Shown here: positions 57,810-64,000 of the stretch, piece by piece
Numbering within the stretch: the stretch's first letter is position 1
Layout of the letters: the number at the start of each line of letters is the position of its first letter
Notes under the pieces: generated by a model
What the model was told of the DNA's origin: nothing
What the model saw: the letters and a program-made list of their open reading frames with translations, nothing else
The model's database searches: none
Assembly (NCBI GenBank): GCA_965203295.1
Contig: CBDBCZ010000018.1
Span: 64,001 to 128,000, forward strand
Length of the DNA: 64,000 nucleotides
From: Nitrospirales bacterium
GTDB lineage: Bacteria; Nitrospirota; Nitrospiria; Nitrospirales; UBA8639
Direction: 5' to 3'
Position numbers and translations under genes: made by a program

Positions 57810-60150
57810 TCACTCTCACAGAGACTCCGGCTACGGCTACCTGTTCTACAGAACCGATGGAACGGCCCAACTACAGCCATCGGTGAACTTCTAAAGCAAG
57901 CCCACCATTACATCACCGACGCTTTAATGGTTCTCTCCATTGACTGTATACCTAAGCCCAATGTACGCGTTGCTATGGCCACATCCGGAATGAATTTATT
58001 CACAGTATTAACGCCGGAACACCGATTGGTTTATATCACCCAATCACTACCGTGCCCAGGTCATGCCCAAGGTTACCTCTTTTTTGATTTTTATATCATT
58101 CATGCAGTTTCTTACTAAGTATTGCACCTGAAGAGGCGCTCTAGCAAAAGCTATTCTGCCGAAACCAGTCGTGCGCTTGTACTTTGTACTACTATTGTTA
58201 TAACTGCATTTAAGCTATTGAAGATATTGCTATTGAAGTATTGAAGCTAATATGATTCCCAGTGACAGTCAAACATCAGTAAGTGTTTAACATAGCATGG
58301 TGGATGATTTTAATAAATTGTTCCATTGCATGCAAAAACACTAATGTCTACAACTAGACCGTGAAATCTATTTGACTTCCTGGACTCCTATACAGGTAAA
58401 TTCGACTACCTGCCGCCACTGGCGGCAGTATCGAATGCTGCTAAGAAGCAGACTCCTGCCACTGCCACTGACACCAACATGGCCAAAGGCACTCCCGCCC
58501 ATAGCACCACCAAAACTGTGGATAAAACAAAAGAACATAATCCCTCAAAAGGGAAAGGGAAAAGGCAGCAAGTAAAAGCTACTGCCACCACCCCTCGTAC
58601 AAACCGCAAATCAGCGGCTGTACTCTCTATACCACATTCAATGGCCACCAGATGGAAGAGCTCTACATCTGTCTCTTCCCGGACCTCTACCACGAGTCTC
58701 CAGTCTCTTTCACCTAACAACCCGAGGCCACCCCATAACCCTAAAAATCAGGGCCCCCACACATCGACCCCCGTAAAGAAGACCCTAAAAAAGTCTCGAA
58801 ATACCTGCCTCCCAAAAGGGAATACTCAGACTACCCAGTCTAAAGGGGACAACCCCCAATCTAAACTTAACTCTACCACAATAGTTAGTCCTCAACCCAC
58901 TCCTAATCCTGCTCTACCCTCCTCCCCCCACAGAAGAGAGAGGATGGCACAGGAAATGGAGACCGATCCTGAAGAACTCCATTTGCTCGGGCTAGCCGGA
59001 CACAGCGGTGACCCCGAGAACCCCCTGCCGGCCAGGGAGGAACAAGGACGGAGGAGTTACCAGAGACCGTCCTCACGGGTGACCACGCCCAATATCCATT
59101 ACTCGATTCTCTTGGCAGATTCGGATGATCCTCCGGGTCCTTCCCGAGAGGAGGCACCCCTTCCCCGGAACGACCTGCAGAAGGTCAAAAGGGCCATCAG
59201 TGAGGAGACAACCCATCTGGAAGAGTCCCTTATCACTATGACCAAAGCGGACTACCACCGCAACAACATGAAGTTGGCCCTGTCGTCTGGAAAATTCCCA
59301 AAGGGGCTGCAACCCAACATCCCCCTGGCTGCTTTCAAGCCAAATGCAGCCCTCCAGACCAAATGGGACGGCATCCTCACCGATTGCACAAAAAATCTGC
59401 TGGGATGCCTCATCGAACACTACGAGGACCTAGTCCGTACTGAAATGATGACCCAGGACACCCAAACCAAGACTCAACTGTCAATCAACAAGGCTAACCT
59501 TTCTGACTCTGACCAGGAGTTAATTGGTCGCTTTTGGAGGTAAGAGACAGACGCCGCAGTTAAAGAAGCGAGCCAGTTCTCTGCCTCCAAATACACAAAG
59601 GCACCAGCTCAGAGGGAGCCCCCTCACCACTCGCCCTCCCGTGGTGAATCCACCTCAGTCAGAGATGAACTGGAAGCCCTAAAGGCCTCAGTCAATAAGA
59701 TCCAAATCCGAGACAGGATTTTCGCCGCCTGGCACCCTTCCGTCAAGGACGCGGGCGCCAGCGACAACAACGGGGTCAACAAAGAGACTGCTCCCCCAAG
59801 AAAGGAAAGCCAAAAGGCTACAGGAGCACTCCTCCCTACGGAGGAAGAAATCGCAAATAAGACGGAGGACTCATAGAACACTATGTAGCCCTATGGATAG
59901 CGCTTGTATTATTAACCTATCATCTATATCTTTGACTCATATAGAGTCACACAAGTATTATGTAAAGGCTTATCATTTATCCCAAAGCCTAAGCACATCA
60001 ACCTGCAGGACCTATACCGGGACACGAACAAATTCGTGTTGAGTATGAGGTACAAAAATGAACATCATGGCCAAACCGTGGAAGTTAAACCTCGCTTCCA
60101 GAGGCGGAGCTACTATAGAGCCCCCCCAACCAGTAGTCTGTATCTGGAAA
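57810..60150 (+). mobile_element. Penelope-like element 5' portion (pLTR, ORF N-terminus 58479-59543, start of RT region), 3'-truncated
   Basis: Hammerhead; the FPKGLQ motif seen in PLE N-termini; IINLSS..KGLSFIPKP at ~59905-59990. Confidence 0.7.
58124..58174 (+). ncRNA. Minimal type I hammerhead ribozyme
   Basis: gcac-CTGAAGA-ggc(tagc aaaa gcta)gcc-GAAAC-ca-GTC-gtgc; predicted cleavage after 58170. Confidence 0.85.
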
Positions 60151-60176
60151 ATGCAATGGGACGGTACAAAACATGG

Positions 60177-60240
60177 ACTCTGGACTCTGGACTGGACTGT
60201 GGACTGGACTCTGGACTGGACTCTGGACTTCATCTTGGAC
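60177..60240 (+). repeat. TGGAC(TC) microsatellite-like tract
   Basis: Read directly; lies just after the point where the PLE is truncated. Confidence 0.8.
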
Positions 60241-60662
60241 TTTATAATGGGCTGTCATCGAAATGCTAACTAGGGTACTACACTCGACTATGTACTAGCA
60301 CGTGCTCTATTATCTATGGTACTAGCTACATGTAGCTTGACCCGACACGTCTTAGAGTCTACTTAATGAGATTCATTCGTTGATTAATGCTACGGTATGC
60401 AGTAAATGTACACCTACGCAGTGTTTCCGGAAGCAGTGGTCACGAGACTAAGCAACCGGTAGTAGCTAAAAATAGAAGTCTCCTTAAGTGGGGTGGGAAG
60501 CATTGGCTTGACAGAAAGGCCGCATGACCGTGAGGCGCAGCAGCGCCAGTATTTAAGTCCCTACACGTGGCGTCTCTTGTCAGTTTTGTCGTAGAATGAG
60601 CATGAGAGTGGTGGCGTTTTTGGTGCTGGTTGTTGCTTCGTTGTTGTGGTGTGTCCGTTGGA

Positions 60663-61649
60663 AGGCGCGAGTGTGCCTGACCGCTTCTCTGGCTGGAGAG
60701 CACCCGCTCGAGAGCCCTCTTCGTCAATGCGCTATATGCCAGGCCGGGGAACACTTGTCTGAGCGTCCCTGTCGGTTTTCTATTGGAGAAAAATCTACCG
60801 AAAGCCCTTCTGTGTTGCTACCTGCCTGGAGACCACTCGCACAATCCTCCCACGGTGGAGTCCGGTTGCAGAGCATCAGCGCGAGCTCTTCCCCGTCGGT
60901 GCTGTATTGTAGGGCACCTGCCCGGAGGTCCTCTTTGTCGGTTAGTTACCGGAGATCACTTGTCCAAGAGCCCCCCTCGTCGCTCGCCTTCCAGAGACCA
61001 CTCTCGAGAGAGCCAACCCCATTTTTGCTCCCCCAGACGCCGCACTTGGTTGCTTGGCCGGAGAGCACCATTCGCCGGTGCCTAACGGAAGAGCATCTGT
61101 CTGAGAGCCCCCCTCGTTGGTGCCCTGGGAATCACCGGCCCGAGTGTTTTGATTCACAGGCGCGAGTGTGCCTGACCGCTTCTCTGGCTGGAGAGCGCCC
61201 GCTCGAGAGCCCTCTTCGCCAATGCCAGGCCGGGCCCGAGCGTCCCCGTCAGTGTTCTATCGGAGAACATCCTCCCGAACGGCCTTCCTTGTTGCTACCT
61301 GTCTGTAGAACACTCGCACAATCCTTCCACGTTGGAGTCCGGTTGCAGAGCAGCAGCGCGAGCTCTTCCCCGTCGGTGCTGTATTGTAGGGCACCTGCCC
61401 GGTGGTCCTCTTTGTCGGTTAGTTACCGGAGATCACTTGCCCAAGAGCTCCCCTCGTTGTTGGCCTACCAGATACCACCCTCGAGAGAGCCAACCCCATT
61501 TTTGCTCCCCCAGACGTCACTTGCACAAACTTTGTACTTCGTTGCCTGGCCAGAGAGCACCATTCGTCGGTGCCAAACCGGAGAGCATCTGTCTGAGAGC
61601 CCCCCTCATTGGTGCCCTGGGAATCACCGGCCCGAGTGTTTCGATTCAC
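60663..61649 (+). repeat. Two diverged ~495-bp GC-rich tandem copies spanned by a 360-aa ORF
   Basis: AGGCGCGAGTGTGCCTGACC at 60663 and 61158. Confidence 0.85.
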
Positions 61650-61889
61650 CAATGGCGGCAAAAACGAAGCTATCGTGATATCGTCTGAAAGTGACCTCGA
61701 AGAGGTACGACCACCTTCAGAATTGAAAGTGTTTACCCCTACTAAACGTCCACCGTCATCCTCATCCGAGACCAGGTTGGCTATTTAAGATTTTATCGTC
61801 AATGAACCGCGCATGCTTTATTCTAATGCTAATGTGTGCAGTGATTGTGTAATCTCGTCATATCACTACATAGTTTTCCTTAAGTAATA

Positions 61890-62067
61890 TTTATATACCA
61901 GTTGGCAGTGCATTACAGGATTTAGTTAGTGCGCGAGGACAATTAAGTAACGGTCGAGGGCGGATAATGCACGAGCCCAAGGCGAGTGCATTATCCGCCC
62001 TCGACCGTTACTTAATTGTCCGAGCGCACTAACTAGTCCCGTAATGCACTGCCAACTGGTATATAAA
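61890..62067. repeat. ~180-bp near-perfect hairpin (non-autonomous palindromic element)
   Basis: TTTATATACCAGTTGGCAGTGCATTAC...GTAATGCACTGCCAACTGGTATATAAA with a tiny loop near 61978. Confidence 0.88.
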
Positions 62068-63619
62068 CTATTTAGTTTTCTCACTGACCTGAGACAGCCA
62101 TAGTTCTATTGAGCGTTATTTAGAAGTGTGCACTATCCAGATAATGCACACTCAAGTGTGCATTAAGCGATTTAATGCACAGTCATGTGATCGATTTTGA
62201 GACTTCTGATTCGTCGAAGGTCACGTGAGTAGCACTAAGTAATCCTAATGCTGTTGGCATTGTGTTCTTTCCCTTTTTGGACACATGCAGTGACGAGAGT
62301 GGAGACGAACACTGCAGTTGTGTCTTCAAAAAGGGATCAGGCTGCAGGAAACAGTAAGTTTATGATTATAAACCATAGTGACGATGTGTATGCGGCGAAT
62401 ATGCTACCCTTGACCTCGGTCGTCTAACGTTTGCAGTACATATAGCCCAGGCTTAAGGCTATACTGAGTTCAAGGGTGGTATATTGGCCATATATATGCT
62501 GAATTACGATGGTTCATTGTTTGCTGTAGTGACAGCGCATAAGTGTCTAGCTAGATAGATAAGTAAAAACTAGAAGACCCCCGAGAAAGCTTGAATCAGC
62601 TTCAGTTATGTGTATGCTAACTTGTACAGCGGGTTTCTCTATCATTGCCCACTTTTAGAGTAAAGACCGCTGCACTAATGGGTGGGTGTGGATTTAGGCT
62701 TTGAAGTCCTCTTCTGAAAGCATGGGAGTCAGGACAAGCTTCATGCGTGTAGATAATTACATTCCATGATCGTGTGAATGAAAATACGGCGTTGTGCAAC
62801 TAAGATATGGAGTTAGCTACAAAGAAACTGCTGTACTCACTAGAACAGTGGGGCTTATTCCACGGACTAACCAATAGCAAGTTCTGTGGTTCAGGAGAGG
62901 AGTCACATTCCAGCATATATTTTTTTTTATTACTGGTGAGTGTGGCATGCCAGGTTCAGAACGCATGCATGCCCATGCTGTGCCTTACCATCAGAAACCG
63001 ATTCAGGCTTCTACTTAGAAGGTTCCCCATTACCTAAGGCTTCCTAATTAGATTCATGTGTAACAGCTGTCATAGTAGTCTAGGGGACATGCTGTACTGA
63101 ACCCTGACTCAGCAATATACTGACCTTTGGTATCTTTGTCCCCATGCTGTGCTTTTCATGCAACTTCCCACTCACTATGAATAGCTAAGGATGCATTTCT
63201 CCTCTGATGTGTATTGCAAGGAATGATCTTTGTACAGGATTCTAAATGCATAAAAGCGTTCACCCTCCCTTTGGTCTGGTGTTTTCTTTGCTTTCATTTT
63301 GTTGAAAGACAAAGATTCTGCCAAACCTGTGTCAAAAAGCACCTTTGTACGAGTAATTTTGCTGCTGTAGCGCTTGTGCCATTGACCATTAACCGACATA
63401 TGCAAGCGGAGCTTTGCTGCAAGATGCTCTATGGCAGCTCAGTGACTAAGGTGTATACAAAAAGCCTTGTCGTAAATGTGCAAGACTTAATGCTTTGCAC
63501 GCCTACTATAGTGTGACCGTATACAAAAAAGGGTATTTATAGTACTTACATGTAGGTCTTACCTCAGGAAGAAAAAATGGGGTGAAAACTCCAGGAGTGA
63601 ACATATAACCCAAAACCCC

Positions 63620-64000
63620 ACGTTGCTGCATGGCGCAAAGCGACGAGGAGAGGGTAGCTGATTTCAGACGCCGGTTGGAGCGCACGTTCAACGTTGCTTA
63701 CGGGAGGGAAGGCATGTCAACCGAAACACGCGACACTCTCCTGCATGGCCAGCTCCAGGACGGGCTCAAACACGAGCTCATGAAAGCAGCAGCTGTAGGG
63801 GCCCAGAGCTACAAAGCCCTCTGCCTCGCGGCCCGAAATGAGAAGAGGCTTGCCGAGCTGAAGAAGAGGCAACAATATCTCAAGCCCTCTGTTGCCCCAC
63901 CTCGACCGCTTAAGAAGCTGGCGGAGAACAAGCTGTTCGTCCCCACTGCAAGCAAGCCGGGGTATCCTAAGGCAACTAGCCCCGACACCAGGAAGTGCTT
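63620..64000 (+). mobile_element. Ty3/Gypsy-like gag fragment; continues beyond the window
   Basis: Open frame ERVADFRRRLERTF..LLHGQLQDGL..AARNEKRL..TRKC, ending where a zinc knuckle would be expected. Confidence 0.55.

Overview
Eukaryotic, repeat-dense window with spliceosomal introns and (CCCTAA)n tracts; a non-bilaterian animal such as a sponge is my guess only. No ordinary host gene is recognisable. Positions 1-26436 hold a ~13-kb virus-like unit present as a head-to-tail concatemer (12045-26436, ~1.1 units) plus a fold-back inverted copy (1-12048, running off the window). When its split ORFs are rejoined, the unit encodes a ~1500-aa OTU protease + HUH endonuclease + SF3 helicase replication protein, a spliced zinc-finger/Lys-Ala-rich/H4-like histone-fold protein, a tailless H3-like histone-fold protein, and about seven orphan genes, one ending in a membrane-lytic-type amphipathic helix. 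I cannot assign this unit to a described family. The rest is nested mobile DNA: four piggyBac elements (one in another's TIR, one with an ATAA target duplication), a MULE carrying a Ulp1/SENP protease, four related tyrosine-recombinase genes (three near telomeric-repeat tracts), three Penelope-like fragments (two with minimal hammerhead ribozymes), hairpin elements, satellites and a Gypsy-like gag fragment. All domain calls come from reading motifs by eye; no database searches were run.
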